Assembly: GCA_003990765.1 (NCBI GenBank)
Contig: RBNJ01000150.1
Coordinates: 1 to 39,144, forward strand
Direction: 5' to 3'
DNA: 39,144 nt
Source: Jimgerdemannia flammicorona
Taxonomy: Eukaryota
The first letter of the stretch is position 1, and each line of letters opens with the position of its first letter. The notes below the pieces were generated by a model. The model did no database searches, was not told the origin of the DNA, and saw only the letters and a program-made list of their open reading frames with translations. A program made the translations under genes and the position numbers. Below, piece by piece: positions 19,882-33,000 of the stretch.

Positions 19882-22800
19882 GGAAAAAAAAAAACGCTCA
19901 ATGTTGTCAGTGGAATAATCCCATGTGGCTCGCGTCATGCAATACCAGTGTTTCATGTGCACCAATAAGATTAATGGCATACAGATGTTATGGCACCTCT
20001 GTGTAGTCGCATAATGGGTTCGTAAGTAGAAAGTGAATTCTGATGTCTTATGATACACTGTCAGAACATGACGTATAAAGGGAGGCTAGAAACTGTGATA
20101 ATAATCAGTCATAAAAATTTGGGGATTTGTAAGTAAATATGTATCAAATTAATTCGTAACATCTAATATTTACAACAAGTAATTTGATATCCCATCTTCT
20201 GATATAGTTTTCCAACTACATTAATTACAACAGTGGAGGGAAAGGTCTAAGTACGACAGCTCAAATTGGTATGGCGGGCCCCTCATTTGTTAAACTCATG
20301 TGAGAAAGGGACTGCTACAAGACAACATGTACAAGCTGGAAAACCCCACGGCCTACAAAAGCGTCCAGTACAATTTTGCCTCCCGCAGTCCATGAAGACC
20401 GCCAACTTTTTTACATCTTCTTTGATCTTCACCAACCTTACATTCTTGACAGAAGTTCGATCACCATGCGATAAAGAACTCGAGTGAGACGAAGCCTTTG
20501 GTTGAGCTCTGTTGTATGGACGATGGCATGGGACAATGGCGATGATGTGTCAAGTTGCAGCAGCATTGGCCGTCGAGGGTCCTGACTAAGGAGTTGGTGA
20601 AAACGATGGATCAACAGAATGTGCCAGGGAAGGCTTATTTTGTACCAAAAAATAAAGTCCGATGTCCGTTACATCAGTTGATATTTTTAATCTAATCAAC
20701 ATGCTGACATGTCATTTTGGACAACACCAATAGTCACATCTTTTTCAAAAAAAAAAAAAAAAATTGACGTTTTTCCTTATAAACTCCCCTCATACTTATG
20801 TAGGTCATTTAAGCTCCATGGGCGAGGTCATGCGGGGGTCCACCAAACCGTTTAACTACACTTACAACAATTTCAGGATTCCCATACCCGTTCGTAAATA
20901 AGTATTCTCTGTTCAGGGTAATGATGTTCGCGATCGGCTTTACGACCATGCTGGATCGCGTTCCTTTCCATTTTCTCTCTACCTTTCTTCCTCTCGTTAC
21001 ACATCCTCCTACGTAATAGTGGCACTATCCGTGGGGTTGTTGTCGTCCTCACACTCCTGCTGGAGCCTCCCACAGCGTCGGAGAACGGAGTATCCGTTGG
21101 TATGATTATGCAATATTTTCCACACAAAATCAATTACCAATAACCTTGCCATGTTTCATCTCACCAATAAAGTTAGTTCTGAGTCGCTGCGCAGAAAATA
21201 CTTATAATGGATATTGTCGCTGTGTCACGTCACTCTGTAACTGGAGTATATCTGACGATTATGTAACTTGCTGATATCGGCGCTCTTGAGAATCAGCCAT
21301 GCGAACAAGACGGTGATTGGTATACAGCTTTCACATATGCCATAAATCTTTCCAGCCGCTTAGGCAGTCTCCACAATATGGGATTCAGTCATAAATATCT
21401 CCACGGGACAACGTAGTATTCCACTGATTGATGTCGGACTTGGTCCAGCTGTAAAAGGTGCGAATTCCGAGAAAGGTATATATCTACGGTCGAATGGCGT
21501 ACTTTTCTCCATAGATATTGAGGGACAACTTGGGAACCCTGTTGTAGCAGTTGATCGTCGGTGTTTCACCACATCGGTGGCCGTCGCTAGAAATCCATTT
21601 GACCTTCGAGAGGTGTTAATCCCTGGTGCGCCAATATTCAACGACACCATCAGGAGCTGCTGGCCATCGACTTTAACCGGCGACCTAGTGCTCTTGAAGC
21701 AACGTCGATTGTTAGAACGTGCATTCCATTCGTCTTGCAACGATCGAATTCCAGAAGTGCTTGCATTTACACCTATACTGTTTTACTCGAGATGTAATCG
21801 CTCGTAGACGAAAGACTAGTCAACCATCAGCAAGAGCTGGAATCTGCAAACACCAACCACGTCATCGAACTCGTGGATGGAGGGAGCGCATACAAAACTA
21901 CGAGTAAATGTTACACTTATTCACAACTCAAACAAATCACCAAAGAGCACTCGCGATCGGCGCTTGTCACTCTCGGGCGACCACCAAATCGAGGGAGGTG
22001 GCATCACAGGTCACACAGTTTTCCTTGTGTATGATATTCGTATTTGCTAACTGGCAGGCTTTTGGGTTCTTGACTAATGTTGCATTGCACAGGCTATGGT
22101 AGCATCGAAGATAATGTTGGCAGGTCTTGATGTTGATGACATGCCACAGCTAACCATTTATGCATGATAATCTCGATTTGTATTTAGAGAAGAACATCAG
22201 GACAAACCAGATCATTACCAGTATGTCATAATACACAAACCATTTTTTGCTACTATTTATATTATCAAATTTATAGTCTGTGTAGTTTTTAAATCTCTGT
22301 TCATCTACTGAAAGCTGGATCTGTGATCATGAGACTGGTATCCTAGAAGAGCTTCTCACCTTATATGAGTTGAATATCTCTGGTATACCTGAACAAAGTG
22401 AGCTATTGTTTACAAAAAATCATGTTAACTCTGTATGCATATCTACTGTAACAAGCCAGCAGAGAAACATACCAAGTTATCATCCAAATTAGTTATTGTA
22501 ATTTAGCTATATACTATATCAGATATACTAGACAACCACAACCAGAACTGCTCTACTGTACTAATCCTATATAAATAACCCAGATAGTCAAATAAGGGCA
22601 CAAAGCATTCCTAGCTGGTATGCTATACCAGAATTTAAGATTTATGTTCCAAATAAGAATAGCTAAATATTCTCAGAAATAGCAATCTATAATTAGCTAT
22701 ATAGTAATCAGATAGCAACCATAACTATATAAAATATCCCAGAGATATGAGTGAATAAACTTTAGTCTGAAAAGTTTAAAAGCAAAAGATAAGTATACCT

Positions 22801-22949
22801 ATTATACTTTGTGAGATATGTCTGCCAAAAGTTACTTAATTTACAAAGAATTGCAATACTTAGGAGAAATGTCTACTCTAAGATTACTTTTGAAAAATTG
22901 TGAGCTCTATATCCAATTTGCACTCTGGTCTACTTTCTGATACTAAAAA

Positions 22950-23175
22950 GAAGAAGTCTGCTGATTCAGAAAGAATCTGCATTATCTGAGTTACATACAT
23001 ATATGTCTTAAGAAGTCTGCTATCTTTGAGAAGTCTGTCAATTTAGAAAGAATCTACATTACCTGAGTTATCTATCTCAAGAAGTCTGCTATCTTCAAGA
23101 AGTCTGCTAATTTAGAAAGAATCTACATTATCTGCTATATTTAAGAAATCTGCTTTATTCAAGAAGTCTGCCAAA
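22950..23175 (+). repeat. Degenerate tandem repeats (AGAAGTCTGC... / AGAATCTACATTA) in the presumed 5' LTR region of the outer gypsy
   Basis: Multiple AGAAGTCTG and GAATCTACATTA units with a rough ~67-bp higher-order period. Confidence 0.6.
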
Positions 23176-23490
23176 TCTACCATATTATACTGATTCCATC
23201 TAATTAAAAAATAATACTGAAATCTATACTGAAATCATCTGCTGAAATAATCTACATTATATAAACAAAACTTATATCTATTTGAAAGAGAAACCTTTGA
23301 ACATTTTGTTACTTTCTGACAAATTAACTAAGAGCTTAAGCCAATCTATATAGTAGTCTCAATCTTATAATTTATCTTTATTGAGTTAGTATATTATATT
23401 TGGGGGCTCAACTGAGAAGATTTTATTTTAATCTTTATAACTTTTCAGTCCACAAGAACTCAATAGTCAAACTGAATACATTTTATATAA

Positions 23491-23493
<3 letters not shown>

Positions 23494-23525
<32 letters not shown>

Positions 23526-24698
23526 CTACACTCATTTATTCCAAACACAGTTATATAGCAAATAGTGGAAAAACATCCTCCAGATTTCCTGACAAGAAAG
23601 TAAGTGGGGTCAGGCTCTGAAAAGAGTAGCCTTAAGCTACCTGACACCTAACCTTGGTAAGGCCAAGGTGGCTGGAGCCTGGTTCTCTCTATCTTGAGCC
23701 ACTTCTACCCCTTCCTTCTTGCTAATAACAATACCCCACCAAGGCCACAACTAGCCCTCTCATACAAATAATATATACAATAGTGAAACAAGAAATGAAA
23801 TGGCATACAGGTCTGATAAATCCCCAACAATGAGTTACTCCACCCCACCTTGGCTGCTCAGTACTAATCTATATACTTAATGAATAGGTCTACTATCTGA
23901 CTGCTACTCTCTCTGCCCAGCTCTGAGTCAGAAGTTACCATCTGGCTTATGACACCAGTACCTTAAGTGGTACTGCCATCATATCTGGTCTTATCCCAAA
24001 GGGCTACTGGATGTGATCCCAGTACCTCAAGTACTTCTGTAGTATATATCTGACCAACTGGCTCATCTCTCTCCAAAGTAGCAAAGTAGTCACCCTGCTG
24101 ATCTCTCTGCTGATCATCACACTATCACTGGTCAATCATCTGGCCCAATCATTACTATCATCTTGAATTGCACTATCTGATATCTACCAATCACCAGTTA
24201 TCATCATATCATATATTGAAATCACCTCATCCATCTTAGCCAATCATCAGCTATATCTTCCAAAAACCTCTGAGCACTTTCTGAAATCTCCCAGTATACC
24301 TCTATACCTTGAGGATGTAGTGAGAGTCCCCCCCTGAGTGAAAGAAAGCCAAAGGACCTAACTCATGTCCCCCAGTCTGCTAGAGTATGCCAGTAAGTCA
24401 GATGCTTACCACAAAGCTAGTCATGTCACCAAAAGAAAGACTCTACATCTTCTTGAGTTGTTGCCAGTAACTCTCAGAGCCTGCATCACACCATCTAGCC
24501 TATAAAATGATAGAAATCTTGAATACTTGAAAACTGTAGCCTTGAGGTTGGAGCAACTTGACACCAATGGACTTCTCTTCTCTTGCTGCTTCTGGTATAC
24601 CCAACCTTAGAGCACTGATGGTCTCCCTTCTCCTGCACCATAGGGATACAATTTCCATCCAGACCTTTTAACTAGTATAGTTTAAGAGAAAGAAGTTC
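23494..24698 (-). mobile_element. 5'-truncated non-LTR retrotransposon or retrocopy
   Basis: Poly-T at 23494-23525 (minus-strand poly-A tail); minus-strand AATAAA at about 23535-23540; 13-bp target-site duplication TTTTATATAATAC at 23481-23493 and 24699-24711. Confidence 0.8.
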
Positions 24699-27600
24699 TT
24701 TTATATAATACTAATCTCTACTATTATAGAAGAATGAGTTATTATCAGCATTTAGACTGAAAGAGAAGTAATTATCTCAGGACTTGCCAATTATCTAGCA
24801 TTAGAAAAATCTCAACCAAAAGTCAGTAAAGTATAGAATCCTCAGTCAGTATCAGTCTAATTACCAAGAGTTCAGCTTATAAATACTTCAGAAGTATTAA
24901 TAAACTTACCATCAAGAGATCTGATCTAGCTAGAGAATAAAGAAGACTATTCTCAAACTTTTAATAAACTTATACAAAAACTTTAAGATTGCATTATCCA
25001 ATATTAGTTTTTGACAGCAGAAGTACTACCAAATTCACTACTATCAGAACTAACAGATTCTCCTAGCTCAGTATCTTCAAGGATACCCAGATCTACTATA
25101 CTTTACTCAAGATTAATAACTCTTCTTAAGGATACCCAAGTATCTCAAGCTCTAGTAATAACTTAGCAAGTAAATCAGAACTAAAATCAGAGCCAGAAGA
25201 CAGTGACAATAAAATGACCACCCTAATGCTAACCTTTGCAGAATATCTAGAAGAAGACTTAAGAGAATTTCTTGATAAAATCAAAGAGATTGCAGCTCTA
25301 AAGAATCTCACTGCTCAGAGAAAGATTGCTATCTTCAAAGCCCAACTCAGAGAACTAGTTAAGGGAATTTTCAATTGAATAATAAATGATGTACACTCAG
25401 ACCTTAGAACAGCCATTCAGACAGCAATATCTTATGATAAAGAATATAAAACCATGATCTACAGACTTATTAAAAAATATATAGAAAATGAAACCTATTA
25501 TAAGGCTTAAGAATTGATCATAAGAATAAAGATAAAACTCAAAGAATTACTCAGAGCATTCTTCATTAAATTCAGAAAGAATGCATATAACTAGATTCAA
25601 TATTACTAACTAAAACATCATAGGTTCAATGATCTTCATAAATGAGATTTCTCCAAACTTCACTCAGCATATTTATACTCTTAGTATCAGAAGGCCTGAA
25701 GAACAAATAAATATAGCTAAAAAATCTTTTAATATTTGACAAGGAACTATCTGGAGTGATTACAATAAGAAAGATAACAAGAAAGATCTTTTGGTTAAAA
25801 TCTTATAAGAACTCTTTCAAGAATATAAAAAACCAGAAGAAGAAAGATCAGTTAAGAAGTAGAAGAAAGAGAGAAATAAAATCCAGAAACTTTAACTCCA
25901 AGTGGACTAATAGGTTGGGCAAATTGAAAAAATTACCACATATAAAAATCAGAGCTATTTATAGGATAATAGAGGATATATACTATGAAGGAACTAAGAC
26001 TAGCTACCTAGAGACAATAGAAACTATCATCCAAAAGAAGAAAGAAGATATTTAGTCTGAGATAGAGCCCAAGTCCAATGCTTTCACTATGGATAGTTTA
26101 GATACTATATTATAGAATATGATAATAGAAGAAATAACTAAAGGGACTCAGAACTACTAAATTAAAAGAATGTAATCCAGTATAAGAAGACTAAAGCTCA
26201 CTCTGTCAAACACTTTAAAGAAGAAAGTAACAGTAAGGATTACAGTAATTTAGACCTATATCTAACCATAATTATCTTTAAAAAATAGTCTACCTAGCTG
26301 AGAAAAAAAAGAGATCAGTAGGAAGGCTATCTAGAAATATTAGCAGAAGAACTACTGCTATCAGTATTACTTATTGGATCAGTAAGAAAGATAGAGATAC
26401 TGCAGACTAGGATTCTTGATCATAATTATACAGATAATAACCTTTTAAGAAACTACTATATAATTGAGAAGATAAGCTAATAGATAAGATCACTTTATCT
26501 AAATAAAAGTATATCTCTTAGCCACTCTTCTCTCAAATTATGATAAGGATAGATACTGATTCTTAAGACAGTAAGAAGTCAATAACTAAGAGCTATATTT
26601 TTAAGCAATGAGATATTGTATTTATGGAAAATACCTAGACTGTCAAGACTATCTATATTAGAAGATTCACCTCAACCAAGATATTATAGTACAAATACTC
26701 AAGAGAAGAGATGACAGAGCTAAGATCTAAAGAAACCAGATCAGAAAACTAAAGAAGAAGACTCTCAAGATTCATAATCTAAAAAATGACATCCTAGCTC
26801 TCATCAGATATGAAACTCATTAAGAATAGATAAGAGATACTGTCAACTTTATAGAAATCCTAGATTCTATGAGGAAAAAAGAAATTAATTATATTTAAGA
26901 TCTCTCCACTGAGACCAGATACTCACACCTCAACCTTAGAGTATAGAGGCTTACATTTACTAGAGTTTCAGTTTAAAAAAAATCCAAACTCAGTAAATAT
27001 ATTGCTTAGTATATATATCTTACTATATCCAAAGGCCAAACCCAAATAAAGACTCACTAAGAAGATATAGAATATGACCTTTACAGTCTCTGAGATAAAT
27101 CTATCAAGTCTGAAAGAATAGGGATACTCAGTACAGAACTAGTAATATAGCTATTTAAAGAAACTTACATCTAACTGATCTTAAGATCTGAACTTACTAG
27201 ATAAGAAATAACTAGAAGGAGAAATAATAGAAATTAGATATAATAACAAAATCAGAATTATCCTAAACAATAGCAGTATTGAGTAAAATCAAATCTATAA
27301 TAGTAAAAGATTGTACAAGCAATCTTCATAAAAGTCAAGACTCCTCAACTATAAGAAGTTCTCAAACTAACTCAAGGCATAAGACAAACCAAAGAATTTA
27401 AAAGCTCAGATAAGAAAGAAGTCACATTCTCCAGATTAACTACTTTAAAAAAGATACTTCTTAATAAGTATACTATTAATCAGTCAAGCTATATAAGAAC
27501 CTCATCCTAGAATCAGAAGAGCAGACTATCTGCAAAATCTTTGCACTACCTGATTCTAGAAATCTCTTCTTTAAACCCAATATAAATCTTAGAAATCTGA

Positions 27601-28431
27601 ATATAAATAAATATACATTTCCTAATAAGATATATTCTATGCACTCTCAAGCAATCAACAAAAGCTGGAATAGCTTCATTCTGATAAAAAGGACTATTAT
27701 ATACTATCTGGTACTCTATCTCAATTAAATACATAGAGAAGTTTAAAACTAAACTTATTAGAAAACAGCAAAAGGTCTCAGAAGAAAAGAAAGACCTTTT
27801 TGTAATTCAAGAGAAAGTAAAGCTACTATCAATATTAGAGAAGAACTGACTCTTTAACAACAGTAGTAACTAATAGAACTCCTTCATAAATATCAAGATA
27901 TATTTATTATAGACTATGGATATAATTTATTATATATACTACTACAGTATAAATATATATAAAAAATATAATATCTATCTAATAGAAGCTTTGGAATACC
28001 ATATTATCTAAAGATATTTAATAAGAAATATATTCAGAAACTCTTAGATAATAGAGTTATCTGACCCTCTATCAGCCCCTGGGCCAGCTCTATACTTATC
28101 ATATCTAAGAAAAGAGGATGGAGACTTAGTACAGATTACAGAAAGCTCAACTCAGTAACAGAAAAAGATACCTACTCCTTACTTAGAATTGATGACCTCT
28201 TAGACTAATTCTAGAATGCCAGATATTTTAGCCATATGGATCTTTTCACAGAATTCTATAAGATCCCTATAGACTCCAAGAATATTCAGAAAACAGCTTT
28301 TCTTACTTTAGGAAAATTGTTTAAATATCTCCAAATATCCTTTAGACTTTATAATATATCTTTAATATTCTAGAAAATGATGAACTCAGTTTATAGCCTA
28401 TTGATCTCCTACTGTCTGATTATATATATAA

Positions 28432-30004
28432 TGTCACATAGTGGTTGCTGAGTCCTTCAAATATGTCAGATTCTCTTCAAGGTGTATCTCTTAGACTAAC
28501 TCAAGTTTGTTATAAGCAAATTCTTATTGAAGTACCTTCCTAAGGTCTTATAGTTCTCAAACTTCTTATCTTTAAACTATCTTATTATCTCTTTAGATTG
28601 CTTATAAGAAATTATATATATTGTACTGAGTAGACTGACTTTATTTCAAAGGAAATAAGAGAGATATTTATACAAAATATAATTCAATAGTTGCTAAGAT
28701 ATAAAGCTAAATATAAATTCTAATAACTAAATAAAATGTTGAAACACAGAAAACTATCAAGTTCCAGTATTGGTACAGATGGTTGTATAGATTCAGAATG
28801 GAAAAAGGGTGCTGAAATAATTCTGAGTCACACAAGGTCAGAATATCAGTAGAGGAACAGCTGTTATACAGAAAAATAATGCTGGCATAATTCAGTATAA
28901 CTAAGGGACTTTAGAGCAGAATGTTCAGGACTATGGAGGCTTTATCCTTGTTGTTGCTGAAGGAGATGAGATCTGCAAACATTTCAGTCTCATCATATAG
29001 ATTGCTTGTTTTATGTATATCACACAGTTTGCATATGTCACACAGGATGAGATCATCACTGATGATGTCATCATGTTCAGCAGCAGTGGGGAGAGTGAGG
29101 AGATCCAGGGCTCTCCAGTTTATGAGGTTCTCTTCTACAAAATAAGAGACAAATATGGGGTCTTGGGGAGATCTAACCTGGATGCTTGGGCCTTAGAATA
29201 CTGAGATCAATCCTTATAGAAATTGATCTGAGTTATCCTAGAGAATGGGATGCCAGAAGTCTTCAATCTTATCATTATTGAGGGTGATAGTAGACTGGGC
29301 TTCTGTAGCCACCCTGGCTTCTAGTGCATTGATATGGCAGGCTGACAGATCTCTGAAGTCTGAGACTCTAACATACTCTAAGTTGGAGATTGAGCATAGT
29401 GCATGCCTGAAGATCTGATGAATCTTCTTAGCTGTCCTTGCTTCATATATATCTATGAGAGTGGTATCTTGTAACTCTTGAGGGCTGGCCTGTGGGAACT
29501 TCCAGCAGAGAAGATTTCTTATTTTGTACTTCTGCCATATTTGGAGGCATTTGGTAGCAATAGTGATCCTTGTTTCCATTTCATGGCAGTAGAGAATAAA
29601 GTGATAAGAATCCCCAGTATCTAGGTGGAGGCTAGGAGTTCTTCTTGTACAGGTTCTCATGAGTCTTCTAATGTCTTGGAATATTCTTTCTTCAACTAAG
29701 ATGCCTTGGTGATTCCTTGATTTTGAGGTTTGGCGAGCAGCAGGCATTTCATTTGTGGTAAGTCTTTGAGCTATTTTGGGATTGGTGAGTCTTATTGAGT
29801 TACTGCTACTGTGGTTCCTTGATTCTTCTTTTATATTTCTCAAGATATCTGTACTATGGTCACAATGACTCACAGTTGGTCATTATTACTCATCTCATAG
29901 TCTGAGTGAGTCATGCTATATGATCTTCTTGTACTTTGATCTGGTGGCTTACAATGAATTACTGTCTCTTGTGCTGATGTCATCATTCTGAGGTCACTGT
30001 TACA
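28432..30004 (-). repeat. 3' LTR of the inner gypsy element (1,573 bp)
   Basis: TGTCACA...TGTTACA ends; direct repeat of 35684-37273; polypurine tract AGGAGGAAGAT on the minus strand at 30005-30015. Confidence 0.93.
28911..29873 (-). pseudogene. Remnant ORF of unknown function inside the LTR (second copy at about 36184-37142)
   Basis: The 211-aa open stretch 29238-29873 continues in frame to about 28911 through three stops. Two of these are CAG/CAA codons in the other LTR copy (HPILQNPDQFLQG). Confidence 0.55.
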
Positions 30005-33000
30005 ATCTTCCTCCTGAATAAAGATCTTCTTGAACATCCTTATTCATTGGTCTAGTTCTGAAAAATTTTCTGATCCCATAACCTCTGGCAGGGGGTTGAA
30101 AAGTGGTGTTTATGAGCTGGTGTCTTCTCTATGTATTTTGGCATGATGGTGAAAGATTGCCCCCTTCATATAGAGCAAGGGCCTGATTCTGATCTTGACC
30201 AATCAGTTGATGGTTCAAACTCCTCTGGCTTCAAAAGTCTCATGAATGAGTAGTTATTGATGCCATATCCCATAGAGAATGGTCCAGATAGATTGTCTGC
30301 TAGTCACAGGACATACTGTTATGATTTGCAGACTAGAATCATGGGTGGTCATCATGTTTTACTTCTCTTATATAGGTTCATGATACTTCTTGAGTTTATT
30401 CCTGTATACCATGGTAGGCAGTATGGTCCCTGAGATTTTTCTAAGCCAGAAGGTAGTTCCCTTGATATCTTATACATAGAAGGGTTCTTCCCATTTAGGC
30501 TCCAGTTTTTGCAATTATGAGGCTTCTACCATATTTTGATATAGTAGGACCTTTTATCCAATTTGGATGAGTTTTAGAGTCTTGTGATTCTTTTCTGCAT
30601 TCTGTCTTATCAGCACTTATGACTTAATGATGTAATCTTCAGCCTTCTTCCTGATTTAGTATAGTCTCTGGATTTCCAAGTCAATCTGTCTCCAAGTTAG
30701 GTCTAGATTTGTTACTGAGGTTCCATCACAATCTTCTTCTCCAAAGAGCAGTTCTCTTAGGATAAAGTGTGTACTCTGTGACTGTATATCTCATAGGACA
30801 GAGAGGGCAGTTAGGAGGTAGTTATCCCAATTCTCATATATGTCTGAGATCTTTACCAGGATGTTCTTGAGAGTCTTATTGGTTCTCTCTATCTGCCCAT
30901 TTCCTTGAGAGTGGATGTGGTGGTCTTGATGTGCTGAATCTTGTATTTCTGATACATTATCTCATAGAATCCATTGACAAGTTCTGTGCCATGGTCTGTG
31001 GTGATTTGCCTTAGTCTTGTAGTGGCAGATGATTTCTCAGTACAGGAAGTCAGCTATAGAGAGGGCATTGGCTTCTTGTATGCTCCTGCTTCTATCAATT
31101 TAGTAAAGAGGTCTACAATAACTATAATGTAGTGGTTTCCTGATAGTGTTACTGGTAGTGGCCCAATGATATCCATTATAATGTGGTGGAAGGAGATAGG
31201 CTCAATTCTTGATGACCCAGGTGCCTGGTCTTACTGATCTTATTTCTGGTTTTGGTACTTGTTACACTCTTTGACAAATTGGTGCAGGTCTTCTTCTATC
31301 TTGAGCCACTACATGGTTCTTCTTACCTTATTGTATATATTGGTTCCTCCTAGGTATCCTTGTTCATATACTTCCTTCATTACTTGATATTTCTTGTGTT
31401 TGAGTATTATAAGCTTTCCTCCTTTTCTGAGTGTGGTATTATCTAGTTCAAACTGTTTCCAAGTCTGGTTGATGATGGTGATTGTCCAGGGTACAAGGTA
31501 GTTGGGCATCTTCCACTACCCAAGGTAGCTAATTAATTTATAGTATAACTCCTTATTCATATTGAATAGTCTTGATGGAGGTATTTTAGAGTGTCCTTGA
31601 GAGGTCATCAGTATTGGTTTTGGTTCTCTCTGAGTGGTGCTTGATAGTACAGTCATACTCTTACAGCCTGTAGATCCATCTGGTATATATTTCTTTGGCA
31701 TTCAGAGTGTGGAATAGCTAGGCAAGAGTAGAATGGTCTGTTTAAATAGTAAAGTGTTTCCTGACTAGGTAGTAGTGGAACTTGTCTACTGCCCAAACTA
31801 CTGCTAAGCATTTGAGTTTGTATGACTTATAGTTCTGTTCTGCTCTATGGGTACCTCAGCTTACATAGGAGATGATATATTTATATCTATCTTTATTCTG
31901 AGCTAGGACTGCTCTAAGTCCTATAGTACTTGCATCCATCTGCAGGATAAATCCTAGGTTCCAATCTGGTCTTCTGAGGATAGGTGCTTGGGTCAATCTG
32001 GTCTTGAGTTTATTGAAGGTTTCTTGACATTCCTTGGTCCATTCAAATTTGGTCTCCTTCTTCAGTAGCTCATAGATAGGTGCTGCAATATTGGAGTATC
32101 CTTTGATGAATCTTCTATAGTAAGAGGCCAGTCCAAGGAAGATATGGACTTCTGTAGTTGTTCTGGGTCTCAGGTAGGCTACAACAGCCTCAATCTTCAT
32201 GGGATCTGTGTGGATTCCAGTCTGGTTGATGAGGTGTCCTAGGTAGGTGATTTCCTGAGCTACAAACTTGCATTTCTTGGGCTTAATATAGAGGCCATAC
32301 TCCTTGAGCTTCTTGAGGGCTAGCTGTATATAGTTGACATGTTCTCATGAAGTATTGCTGAAGATAATCATATCATCAACATAGACAAAGAGCCATTTTT
32401 CAATCTCATTGCTGAAGACACTGTTCATCATTTACTGAAAACTTGCTGGAGTATTGCACATTCCAAATGACATTTGCAGGTAGATATAGGTGGCATCAGG
32501 TGTGATGAAGGCTGATTTCTCACTGGTATCTTGAGTGAGACCAATCTGATAGAAGTCTAAGAACAGATCCAAGGTGGTGTAGTATTTGACTTCACTTTCA
32601 AGAGTGGTAAAGATTTCTTAAATATTTGGCAAGGGTTGTCTATCCTTCTTGGTGATTGTATTGAGCTTCTTATAATCAATGCAGAGTCTTGGTACAAACT
32701 CTCCATGCTTGCTTTCTTTCTTTGGGACAAGGACAATGGGTGAAGCCCAGAGACTGATAGCTTGCTTAATAATTCCAGCTTCTTCCATTTCCTTGAGTTT
32801 TATTTACAGCCATTCTCTGCAGGCAGGTGGTATAGATCTGGCTTTCTGATAGATGGGCTTAATATTGCCAGTATCAACTTCATGGTAGTACTTGGGTTCT
32901 TGATTGTGGATATCCCTAAAGTCTGTAGCAAGTACTCCTTCATTCTGGTGCAGGATCTTGAGAAGTTGTTCTTCCAGAGAAAAGTTTTCTCCAATAGTAT

